64,000 nt of DNA, from contig OZ025704.1 in NCBI GenBank assembly GCA_964019335.1, forward strand, positions 1 to 64,000, written 5' to 3'. Below the pieces are notes generated by a model. The model worked only from the letters and a program-made list of their open reading frames with translations. It was not told the DNA's origin and did no database searches. The translations under genes were made by a program, and so were the position numbers. This stretch comes from Diplonema japonicum (Eukaryota > Protista > Euglenozoa: Diplonemea). Positions 9,461-21,000 of this stretch are shown here, piece after piece. Each line of letters opens with the position of its first letter. Position 1 is the first letter of the stretch.

Positions 9461-10435
9461 CAGGTGGTGGGGATAACATGAAAACATAAGAAAAACATCA
9501 GATGTGTTGTTTGCTGTTGACCTCCTCATTGGTCATCACTGAGCAAACCACACGAGTGCAGAATCTTGGTTACCCAGGGCACCCCGGCTAGGGTTGAGCT
9601 GAACCCCACACACATTAAGGACACAGAGTACAGAAGAAGCTACAACTCGGCCACAGTGATTAAGGACACGATGCAGAATGCAGAAGAAGCTACAACCTGG
9701 CTGTGGTGCACCCCCTGTAATCAAGTAGACAGTTCTTGTGCAGGGTGCCACCAACACCGGCTTCTTTTAACTCATATATATATCGTTCAGGTGGTGGGGA
9801 TAACATGGAAATATAAGAAGTACATCTCATCAGAGTGTGTTGTTTGCTGTTGACCTCCATGTCAGTCATTACCAGTAGTGCCCAAGTGGGAGAACATAAT
9901 GCAGATGCTCAGGGTGATGAACTGGCAGGTTGCCCTGGGTTGTGTTGCTCTGGCTGGGGTTAAGCTGCACACTGCACACATTAAGGACACAATGCAGAAC
10001 ACAGAAGAAGCTACAGTGCCCCCCTGAAGTTAACAGTTCTTGTGCAGGCACCACCAACATGATGAACAGGCATTTTCCTCCATCCACTTGGCCAGTCATC
10101 ACCTGTAGCACCCTGAGTGGAAGAACAAATTGCAGATGCTCAGGGTGAGTAAACTACTTAGGGCACCAGCTAAAGTTGAGCTGCACACCACATGCATTAA
10201 GGACATGACACAGAATGCAGAAGCGGCTGAGGTGCACCCCCTGTCACTGGTCTCCTTTACCTCTTTCATGTTATTTGGTGGTGGGGATTACAGAAATATG
10301 GAAATATAAGAAGTACATCAGATGTGTTGTTTGCTGTTGACCTCCATGTTGGTCATCACTGGTAGCACCCAAGTGGAGGAACGTATTGCAGATGCTCTGG
10401 TGTTGAGCTGCACTGCACACATTAAGGACACAACA
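9461..10435 (+). repeat. Three diverged tandem copies of a ~150-450-bp unit, also present at ~17636-17965
   Basis: The unit start GGTGGTGGGGATAACATG…GTTGTTTGCTGTTGACCTCC recurs at ~9463, ~9790 and ~10277, followed by GCAGATGCTC… and CACACATTAAGGACAC blocks. Confidence 0.8.
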
Positions 10436-10814
10436 CGGAATATTGTGCTGTCAGTGTTGTGGTGATATAGTCACCACTTTCGACCTTGATGATGCAAAGA
10501 GGAAAAAAAAAAAACCCAAAAGGTAAGGAATTCCCTGTTCCACCAAGTTCTGGTTCCACTGGTTCCACCATTCCACCAAGCTCTGACTTTTCAGTTTGGC
10601 AGAAGGGAATGGAATGTAGGTACCTTGAGAAAAAAAAATTTTTTTTTTGGAAAAAAAATCAATTTTTGGGTGTCTTTGACAACTTTTTTTGGGTGGAAAA
10701 AAAATCTTTTTGGACACTATAAAAAAAAAATTTTTTTACCCCCCACCCCCCTGGATTTGCCCCCCCATGCCCCCTGAAAATCTTGGGGGGGCAACCCATT
10801 CTTGTAACAATACT

Positions 10815-11350
10815 GCCTGGACCCCCAAAACATGCATGTGGTGTGTGCATTGTCTTGCTGTGGTCCAGTTATTTGACCAGTGACATTTGGTGAAGTTGCA
10901 CCTACTTACTTCTTCACTGGGGCAAGATTAGGTACATTCTGGTGATTTTCTTTAGGTTGTTTCCACCATTGACTGGACTTTCCTCAGATTGTTTCCACCA
11001 CAAACCCAATTCCCACATCTGTTGTACAAGGGTAATGCCAGTATAAGAAATTTCACAAACCCCACTGAGATGAACAGCTTGTAAATCCTTGATGCACTCA
11101 TGTGGGAAAAGGGTGATTTCTGCCCCCCTGTGTCACTTCTTACGTGTAACCTGTGTAATATCGCTCTCCCAGGGCATATTTCACTCTTCTCATCACTACT
11201 GGCACTAGGTGAGGTCCCATTGTCAGTGAGAATGTCCCCTTGGGGACTCCTAAACTCATATGAGCTTACAACACTGCTCTGAGCCAATCCCAAAGCATGG
11301 AATAACCCTACACTGCAGATCCAAGCTTGAGTACCACCCAACATCAACAC
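10815..11350 (-). mobile_element. Internally deleted, inverted second copy of the piggyBac-like element
   Basis: The reverse complement matches 6855-6910, joined directly to ~7825-7963 and then ~8095-8185. It also retains sequence upstream of the point where the first copy is interrupted. Confidence 0.8.
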
Positions 11351-11669
11351 TTAGGCACTGCCAAGGCAGACCAGGTGTTGCTCACTCCTTTAATTGGAAC
11401 CCCTCACAAGTGTAAAAAACATCCCTCCCACCTACCTCCCTCTATCATTTGCGTTTATCAGTTTTATGAGGAAAAGGGGAAAGAAAAAAAAAGGAAAGGA
11501 GAAGAGGTAAAAAACCCACTTCTATTTTTTGGCAAATACTTGTAGATAAAGGACCCACAATTTTGTGGTATGAGTACTCACCCCCCCTCCCCAAAAGGTG
11601 AGAAAGCACCCATTAAAAACTAGCAAGCTATGATTTGCTTGTGTTCTTCTTTTTTTTGACTCCATGTTG

Positions 11670-11793
11670 GTCAGTCCCATCCCGTCCCCTAAAACGGAAT
11701 ACGGGCCTGGACGGGACTCACAGGACTCCACGGGATGGGACTCGATGGGACTCACAGGACTCATGGGACTCCACGGGACTCTCCCCAACACTG
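11670..11793 (+). repeat. hAT-like element end: GGGACTC subterminal repeats ending in CCAACACTG
   Basis: Multiple GGGACTC/GGACTC motifs, then CCCCAACACTG. The same terminal nonamer and motif family occur at ~15900-16038. Confidence 0.6.
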
Positions 11794-11859
11794 TCATTAT
11801 TTTTGATAGTTTTGCAACTTTTTTTTTTTTTTTTTTTTGACATACATGATGTGTTTACC

Positions 11860-14800
11860 CAGGGTTGGTCAGACCAGACCAGTCTGGTAAAACCGAAAAT
11901 ACAGGTCTGAGGGGTCTACTGACCAGTCTGGCCCCAACTTTTTTTTTCCTTTGTCAGGTGTCTTGCCACACACCACAGGTACCCTTAAATGTCTTTCTTT
12001 TTTTTCTTTCTTCTTCTTCATACCACAGACATGCACAGCTCCATCAAGCCATTTGACACATTTGCACCTATCTACTCTGGTTCACTGCAGCTGCAGGTAT
12101 GTACATATGTCCTGAAATGTTGAATTTGGATGTAATAGAAAAGGGTGGAAATGATAAATAATATGTACAAGAGGAGGGTGTGTGTGTTTACACAACCTGT
12201 GTAAACAGATCGGTTCCTTAATCATATTTAAAAAAAGAAGGGGGGGAAGCAATATATTTTTACAGGTGGGTAATGGGTGAGTGTGTTTATGTTTTGAACA
12301 ACTGTGTAAAACAGTGCTCAGATATCGACCTGTGTAAACAGATCAGTTCCTTCCTTTCCAAGGTGCTCAGCTCTTTTCAAGCGGCTTGCCTTTTCTTTCT
12401 TCTCACTCACAAAAAAATTAGGTTGAACCAACTTGTAGTTGATAGCAACGCGGATTGATGCATTTAGAACATCCGATGACATTCTGCATCTGGCTTTTGA
12501 CAAAGTCTTTGAAATCACTTTAAAGTGATGCTCCATTGGTGCCTCAGAGGTTAAACTGCACCCAAGCGTCAGTGCAAAGACAGCTAGCGTGTGAAGCATG
12601 CCAAGCTTCGAGTTCCAAAAAGCAAAAAAGTTTAATGTTGGGCTGCAACCTATTGCTAGGTACTCGTCAATCTGCATCCCCAGCTGCTGCCGATCTGCCA
12701 TCATTTTTCGCAATTCAGCGAACGGGACGAGGTGATCCAGCAGTGTGTTTCACAGTGTGACCAAGTCTGAAAGTTCTCCAGTTGATACTTTGGGATTCAG
12801 AAAAGTATACAACCTGATACCAAGAAACGACATGTTTCGTTCGGCCCTTGCTTTGTAAACCTTGATGACTTCAGAGACTGTGGTAGCATTGAGTGACCCC
12901 TCCACCTGGGATTCAAGGAATTTCTTCAAGCTCTTTCCAACAACGAAAATTTCATATGCCACCATAGCCATGCCAGATGTGTCCCCTTGCACACGATCTG
13001 TTGCAACTGTGAAGGGTGTGGAAATCTGTATCGTGAATTCCAGCTCTGCCCCAAACCCTGCCTCTATGCCTGGAAAGAATTCTAGGAGATCAAGGATGGA
13101 CTTCATCGTTTCGAAAAACGAATTCCATCTGGTCTTCGTGTACCTCTTGATCTGTCTCATCTTTTCACGGCATACTCCATGTGAGACCTGTACAGTGTGG
13201 AGTGCCAACTGCCCAGCTTTCGAGGTCCATCTCTTGATCAGCGTTTTCACTTTGGCTCTAATGTTAGCCAGTCGCTCAATCTTGAAGATGTCACCAAGGG
13301 CAAGTTGCATGGAATGTGCAACACAACGATATGCTAGGACACCTTCGCAACTCAGCATTGTAGTTGTATCGTTCAAAAGCTGGTCCATTCCGGCAGAGAG
13401 CTCAGTGTTGTCGGAGTTGGTGTCGGTTTCAGAGTTGGAGTCAAGGTCAGTGACACCTGAAGCATCACTACTGCTAATGTTGCTGCTAACATCCTCAGTG
13501 TCGTCGAGTGAGAGGTCGAGTTCCACTTCGAAGTCTTGATGTATCTTCGCAAGCACTGCTTGCATCGCACTAGCATTATCAGCACATACTGAAAATACAT
13601 GTACAACATGGCTCCAAAGTTCCAGTATCATTTCACGGATGTGGGACGAAATGACAGCAGCAGTGGCACTCACTTTTGTAAGGTCTATCATCTTGCAAAA
13701 GTAGCTGTTCTTCCCATCTGACATACTAATGCCAAGGATGCTTCGACGGTTTATTGTGGCCCTATCAACAAGGAGGTACACATTCTGCCCTTGGAGCCTG
13801 TTTAGGACAGCAGCGTATGTCTCCTGTCCAAGTTCAACAACACGGCTTTGCACGTGTTTCCTGTTGATTCCTTTCAATTTGCCTGCATCGAAAAAGCTGT
13901 GAAAGAACTTTCGATCACACAAAACGAACGGCAGGCAATACAGGCAAAGGAAAATGGACACACGATCCACCATACTCAGGGCAACACATCTCTTTGCTGC
14001 GAGATTTGAGCCTTGAGAATGAGGCGAACCCTGTGACAGCGACAACCCTGGCATTGGCTCAGAGATCGGACTGCACTTTTCTTTCACTGGACTGCACTTT
14101 TCTTTCGCCGGCTTGGGGATCTTTGCAGCTGTCTTCTTCTTCAGCTTTTCTGCCAATTTCGCTTTCGCACCAGGGCTGTGTCTGCACTCCCAGTGCTCCT
14201 TCAGCTTCCCCGATCTTGACCGGATGGTCACCGCACGTTCAACACACTCAGGGGCAAGACACGGCCGCTTCTCCATGACCGTGCCATCCTTTTCCTTTGT
14301 CACTATCTTGCCAAAGTAGTACTCCTTAGAAGGGTCGATACCTGTGCATCACCAACAGACCATGTCTTGTTGTCCCAGATGGATGTCTTGGGTGTTGTAG
14401 AACATTCCTTGGCAGGTGCTTCCAACATGACTAGTGCGTTTCCGGACGAGGTGTGTGTTGCCTTAGGTTGTAAGGCTTCAGCCTTCAGAACTTTGATGGT
14501 GTCTTGTAGCTCTGTGATTCGTGCTTTTGCAAGACCAAGTTTTGCCATGGTATCACGAAGCTGGTATGGGTTGTGGTTTATCGTCTTTATGGCCTCAAGA
14601 CGATAAACCCGTTCATCTTCCACATTCGGGGGGAAGTGGTGCAGGTACCCAGGATCCTGTGCATACTCACACGAAACAGCAACACCTGGCAAGATGCCAA
14701 CAATCTTCCCATCCCAGACAGAAACCATGTCGTCCTGTGTTGGTTTCTTGTGTCGCTCCCCTCCAGTGCCCCAGAAGTGGGCTCTGAAGGTTGTGCCTTC

Positions 14801-15591
14801 TCCTTTCCCCTTCATGAAATGCAACATTTCATCATGGCTGAGGCCATTCTTGTTGCCAGTCTGGGTAAGGTCTTGTGTTTTCACATATTTCTGTGAGAAC
14901 ACAGTTGATGCCTTTTGCGTTGAGATGCGTCCATCGATGCTGCCACTGCTGCTGCTTGTACTTGAACTTTCTCTTTTGCGCTTCTTTATTTTATTTTTTT
15001 ATTTTTTTTTTTTCAAATGTTTAAACCTTTCTCTTCATTTTTGTATTGATTTCCTCCTCTTCTTCCTCCTCCTCTAGTTCAGATTTACCTGAACATAGCC
15101 CATGCCATGCCATATTGAGTTGGCAGTCATGTTTCTGGTGCTTATCCTCTGCACCCTCTGCACCCCTTTCACCTTCTTCGCTACTTGGCACAGCTTCGGT
15201 GTCGGGAACGAAGAACAGAAGCAGAACAAGTACCACAATCATTTTATCTGTTAATTGTAAAAAATAATACAAAGAAAATGATAAACAAAGGCTAAATACT
15301 GTATAAATACACATCGACTCTGACAGCAATGCAACACAATGTGAAGCAACATGATGTGTTTTCTGTTCACATTTCATTCACTTGACACAAAAAATGTGAA
15401 GTAACACAACACAACACACCAAAGTGTCGTTTTATATTGTACCATACAGTGTATAAAACATTTTCTGTGTCGAAATTTCTAAAAAAAACTCCCAGAAGGG
15501 CTGCCCTTTCATAACTGAAAGTTAGATTTTTTCTTCTTCTTCTTTTTTTTTTTTTTACATAATTTGTGTTGTACTAGGAATACATGCCAGG

Positions 15592-15628
<37 letters not shown>

Positions 15629-16038
15629 ATTGTACTTTTCTTGCAAGCCTCTTTTTAATATTTTTTTTTCAAAGCTGGTCCCCAAACCCCAAGACATTTT
15701 TTTTAATTTTTTTTTTTTAATTCTTTTTTTTTTTTTTTTACATAGTCACAACAAGGTAGTATGAGCCTTGCCTAAGATCCCACCCAAACCTAGGACCTCT
15801 TTTTTTGAACTTTTGAAACCAAAAGTACCAAAAAAATGCAAGCCCCAGCCTAAATTTGGGTCTTTGTGACACAAAAAACACAAAGAAATTTTTTGGTCCC
15901 AAGAGTCCCCTGAGTCCCCTCCAGACCCCTGAGTCCCCTGAGTCCCCTGAGTCCCCTCCAGACCCCTGAAAATTTCAGGGGACTCCTGTCCTGTCCCTTG
16001 GAGTCCCCTGAGTCCCTCAAGGGTCTGGACCAACACTG
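11860..16038 (-). mobile_element. Decayed hAT DNA transposon with imperfect TIRs
   Basis: Left end CAGGGTTGGTCAGACC versus reverse complement of right end CAGTGTTGGTCCAGACC. GAGTCCC subterminal repeats at 15900-16020. Encloses a hAT transposase. No 8-bp TSD found, so the ends are tentative. Confidence 0.65.
12318..15377 (-). pseudogene. hAT transposase pseudogene (BED-like finger, DDE core, C-terminal dimerisation region)
   Basis: CLAPEC…HWECRH, VCADNASAM, RCVAHSMQL, TRWNS, FWNSK…SEAPMEHHF. Broken across several frames. A-rich intron at 15026-14984. Confidence 0.85.
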
Positions 16039-16254
16039 CCCTGGCTGGGAGGAGGGAAAAAGAAAGAAGAGAGAATGGTCTGGCCAGCCTAAAAAAAAAG
16101 AGGTTTATTTTAAAAAAAAAAAAAAAAAAGAGGAAGAAAGAAAAAGGGGAAAGGGGAAAATAGAATGACCCCAATGTCCATGTGAAAAAGCACAGAGTCA
16201 AAAGCATTGTTGTTGCCTAGTATACTTTTTATTCATCTCCATTAAAGGTACAAA

Positions 16255-17400
16255 ATGGAACAAGTAGTTGGACTCCTAACTCTTCATGTATCCCTGCCTT
16301 CAGAGGCTCTATGTATTGAGGCTATGGGGAGTGAATTGGTTAAAAGCCTTAAAGTAAAGATTGCAGCAGCTGCGAAATGCAAAGAGGAGACCTTTACTTT
16401 AGTCTATGAAGGAGAGACACTTGATGAGAATAAACGTGTAGATGAGTACCCTATGATGGATGGGTGCACAGTTCAGGTGGTGGTAATATTGGCATTGCAA
16501 AAGATGGGTGAATGGGGGTTCTCATGTGTTGGCCAGCCAGAAAAGGTTCTGAAGGAGCTGAATGGGGGTATGCAGGTGAGCACTTAAGACCTTTTTTTTC
16601 AGATTATACTGTGCTGGCGACTGCTGCACGTCTCAATGAGCTGGATGTGGTGCAGCATCTTGTAGAGAAGATGAAGGTGCTGGAAGTCTGTGGTGAAGAT
16701 GAGGGAAGGGCTGCCTTGGTAGAAGCTGCTGAGGAAAATGCACTTTCTGTAGTTCAGTACCTTGTTGAAGAAGCGGGTGTTGTAGAAAAGGATTGGGGTA
16801 TGTATTATACTACTGTCCTTACCAACACCTTATATAGGTGACACAGCATTGACAGCCGCATCCCAGCACAATGCCTTGGATGTTGTGAAGTACCTCATTG
16901 AAAAGGACCCGAGCAAGACAGATGCTGCCCTGCGTGTAGCGTCTGAGAACAATGTGCTTAACATCGTCAGATACCTTTGTGAGACAGGGAGAGTGGACCC
17001 AGCGCAGACCGATCGGCTTGGTAAGACGCCACTGCACCTGGCAGCCCGTAAGGATGCTGTGGATGTCATAAGATACCTTGTCGAGGAGCAAGGCTTTGAT
17101 CCAACAGCGAGGCACTATCACGGTATGCCTGCCTCTTTCTTACCCTTTTCCTTGTTGCAATACCAACAGGCAATAGTGCACTGCACGAAGCGCTAATGTT
17201 CCAAAGGCTCAATGTTGTGAGGTACCTGGTCGAGGAGGCAGGGGTGGAGCTGACCCCAAATGGAAATCGTGTGTTTCCCTTCTTCTATTATCTTGAAAGT
17301 TAAACCCATCACAGGGGACACGCCTTATAAAATTGCTGCGACTTTTGCACCAGACGGAAAAGTTGCCTGCTACCTGCGCGACCGTGGCATTACAGAGTGA
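16255..17400 (+). CDS. Ubiquitin-like domain + ankyrin-repeat protein
   Basis: UBL (LVYEGETLDENKRVDEY) and ankyrin repeats (GKTPLHLAA…VIRYLVE). Introns 16568-16602, 16798-16837, 17123-17169 and 17269-17324 restore the frame. TGA at 17398-17400. Confidence 0.85.
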
Positions 17401-17635
17401 GTACTGTGAATTCTTGCTCCTTCCCTCACATCTTCCCCACCCCCAACCCCTACCCAAAGCCAGGGAAGGAGAAAAAGAAAGGAGAGGGCTTGGCCAGTTA
17501 AAAAAAGAAATGAAGTTTATCTTTTTAAAAAAAAAAAAAAAACTAGACACCATTGCAACCGTTTCTTTTTATAAAACGGGTCTGCACAAACGGGTCTGAA
17601 ATCCTTTCCCCCCTTCTTTTTTTTTTTTTTTTCTC

Positions 17636-17965
17636 TTGGTGGTGGGATAACATGGAGTTATAAAGTACTATCAGAAGTGTTATTCGCTGTTGACTTCCTC
17701 GTCGGTCATCACCGGTAGCACCTAGCGGAAGAAGCAGATGCTCAGAGTGACGAACAGGCAGTAAACTGCATGAGCTTGTCTTGTGCTTACCCCGGCTGGG
17801 GTTGGGCTGACACCGCACACATTGAGGACGCAGAATGATTCAGACTCTACAGCTCGGCGAAGTGCACCCTGTAATGTAACCCAAGGAGACAGTGTTGTGC
17901 AGGGTGCGACAGCTTGGTACCCACTTCAGCAACTGCAAAGACGGCTTCTTCCAGCCCCTTTGAGG
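17636..17965. repeat. Dispersed copy of the unit repeated at 9461-10435
   Basis: Shared blocks GGTGGTGGGATAACATGG, GCTGTTGAC, GGTCATCAC.GGTAGCACC, GCAGATGCTCAG, CACACATT.AGGAC and GTGCACCC.TGTAAT. Confidence 0.7.
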
Positions 17966-18068
17966 TGAACACTGAAAGGTATTCTAGAATGCCCTTTACT
18001 GCCTAAGAATATGTTTCTTTCCATTTCGTTTTCTTCTTTTAAGAAATCCACTTCAGATGTAACAATAA

Positions 18069-21000
18069 ATGTCAACTGCGAGTGGGTCCAAGAAAGCTAT
18101 TGACGGTGCCAGCCTCGACAAACTGCTTGCGAAGGTGAGCGGGTCCTCAGATATAGATGCCAGCCTGAAGAAAATAAGAAGTGATGACTGGGATCTGCAG
18201 TCTAATCGGATTGGATCCGAGTCTACAGAGAGACATGGCTCGCCAAGCTTGAAGGACAAGCGAAGCAAGAGCAGCAGAAGTATCAGACAGGCGGTGAAGT
18301 ACGTAAAGTTAGAAGACGATGCTAAAACGGCGAAAAAAAAACATCAGGCAGACCTTGACCTTCTCGTGACGAAATTAGAAGCTGTTCAAAAAGAGGTATT
18401 CCACAACTACAACTAGAATCAGCACACAGAGAGATATTGCAGAAGAAGAGCTCGAGCGTATGAAGACCATATGTGCACAGTGGGAAGACAAGGAGGCCAT
18501 TTTCCTTGCTTCACAAGACCAACTTAAGACACTCCGGGAGAAATTGCGTGTTGCAGACTCACAGGCATTGACAACAGCAGAGGATTTAGCGGCTTCTGGT
18601 TCGAAAATAGCTGCCCTAGAGCGCAGTCTGAACGCCCTACAGAGGCAAACAGAAGACCTCGGTCAAGCACATGCTGAAATCGCCGCACTGAGGCAAATTC
18701 AGAAGGAATTGCAAGCAACGATTGATTCTCTCAACAAGCGTGAAGAAAGTGCGCAAAGTGATACTATTGCGTGCAAAAAGAAGCTCAATGAGCTTGAACT
18801 AGACAACGACACACTCAGCAGTCAGGTGGAGCGTCTGCAGGCAACAAGCGTGTCAGATATAAGTACTACAAATGCGATTATTGAGAAGTTGCAACACGAA
18901 GTGGGCAGCGTTGAGACACATGCTGCAAAGCTGCAAATGGAGCTGCAAGAGTGCAGGGCGAAAAATGAGAAGCAGTCATCGGAACTTTCCACAAACGAGC
19001 AACTGATCCGGCAGAATGCCGATGAGCTGATGCAGTGCAGGCGCGAGGCCACTGCCAAGGCCATCGAAATGGAAGATGATCGGAAGAAACTTACGCAGCA
19101 GCTAGAGGAAGCAAAGGTTGCCCTAAGCGACGCCGGTGCGGAAGTACGGTTGACACTCGCAACGAAAGACACAATACACACAGAGATGACACAGCTGCGG
19201 CAGGCTTCGGAGGATGCTCAAACAGCAGCAAACCGTAACGAAAAGAAAATGCAAGAGGAATTGAACGCATTACGGGAGAGCCTTCAGATGTGCGAAACAA
19301 CCTTAAGAGAACGCACGGGTAGTTCCGAAGCACTGCATGAACAGAACACTGCGTTGGAACTGCGAGTGCAGGAACTTTTGGAAAAACAGAGTGGGTTAGT
19401 ACTTCTGCACGCTGAAGACAACAGGGTAGCACAAAGCAAGATATCGCGTCTGGCAAAGAGATTGAAGTACATGGCGTGCAGGTATACTTGGCTGCTATCA
19501 GTGCTTGAGAAACACGAGACTTTCCAAATGGCACACGAGGGTCTGGCTGCTGCGGAATCCCAAAAAGCTGTCGTGCGTTTGTCACCTGAAGCTGAAGCAA
19601 GCGTCTTGAAACATCTTGAACGTGACATACTTGCAGATGAAAACAAAACGCGGAGTCTTGAACAGGAAGCAAGAAAAGAAGTGATGTACAAAATGCGTGA
19701 GGTCATACTGTGTGAACAGCAAGAAGCGCTCCGTCATGAAGTGCGACAGGACCTTAAGAACAAGGAACTAGATAATCTGCGTTCAGACACAAAAGTCATG
19801 ACAGATCTCAAGCAAGATGTCCTCAAAGACCAAGAAACAAATCTCAGGGCACAGGCAACATCTGAGCTAGTTGCTGAACTGAAACACACGTTGAGCACTG
19901 ATGAGAAATCACAGCATGCAGTGAAACAGGAAGTTGTTAGACAGCTCATTGCAGACGAAACATCGCAAGTATTTATAGAAGCTAAGAGTGATGCTCAACA
20001 GCTAGTGACGGAACGCGAGGGCCAACATATGTACAACATGGCACGTGATGCGCTGCTGCATGCAACGATCGAAGAGCTGCAAGTGTCGGATGACGTTGAA
20101 GACATCAGAAAAAGCGCGCACCAGCTGCTGCTACAGCAAGAAGTAACCAAAGCTGAAAACGACGGTGCGGTGCTCGCAAGGCTGCGGGGTGATGCCGTGA
20201 AAGAAGTAGAACGCGATTTGCGAGAGAAGGAGCTTGACATCTTACGGGAAGATCTTATAAAAACAATGCAGGACGAAGTGAGTAGGCGCGAAGGGGATTA
20301 CCTGCTTGCTGAAGCACGTAAGAAGGTGCTTGCTGAAAAAGAAGAAGCACTCAAAAGTAACCCCCAAGAGATGCAGGTAATACTTGACACAGCAAGAAAC
20401 CGCACGCAGCAAAAGGTTGCTGAAAGCATTGGGACACAACTTATGGAAGAAGCCAAGCAATGCCTACTCACAGCTACTATTGAAGAACTCAGGGAAGACC
20501 GCGGCGCTTGCGATGAAGTTGCACGAAAGGCTTATTCCATTGTGGAAGCAGAACTCGTGGATGCTGCTTACAGAGACGAGAGCTCCCTCGCCGCAGCGCG
20601 TACACACGCACATGACAAACTCGTGCACAAACTCCTTGAAGAAGAAACCCAACATTTGCGACAAGACGCACTTATCGCAGCACAAGAAGAAGTAGCAAGG
20701 CGTGAGGGCGCCGCCCTATGTGAGGAAGCAAGGGCAGCTGTTCTGCAATCGACAATAACGGAAGCCCACACCAACAAAGAGCTCACATCTGCAGCAAAAG
20801 AACAAGCCTTTAACAATTTAGTCCGAGAGGCACAGACGAGCATTAGGGACACGCCACAGGAAATAGTTGCCAAGAAGAAGGCTATGGACATACTAGTTAC
20901 TGAGTTCATGGACAGCGAAGCTAACAAAGGGCACGCCAGAGATGCTGTGCTTCAGCAGCATGTGACGTACTTAAGAGAAGACCCGGATTCCGTTGCCGCA

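Noticed and set aside
9116-11793. CRISPR-like arrays
   Set aside because: Short tandem or subterminal motifs without unique spacers, in a eukaryotic context.
11852-16046. 8-bp hAT target-site duplication
   Set aside because: Flanks TGTTTACC and CCCTGGCT do not match, so the element ends remain tentative.
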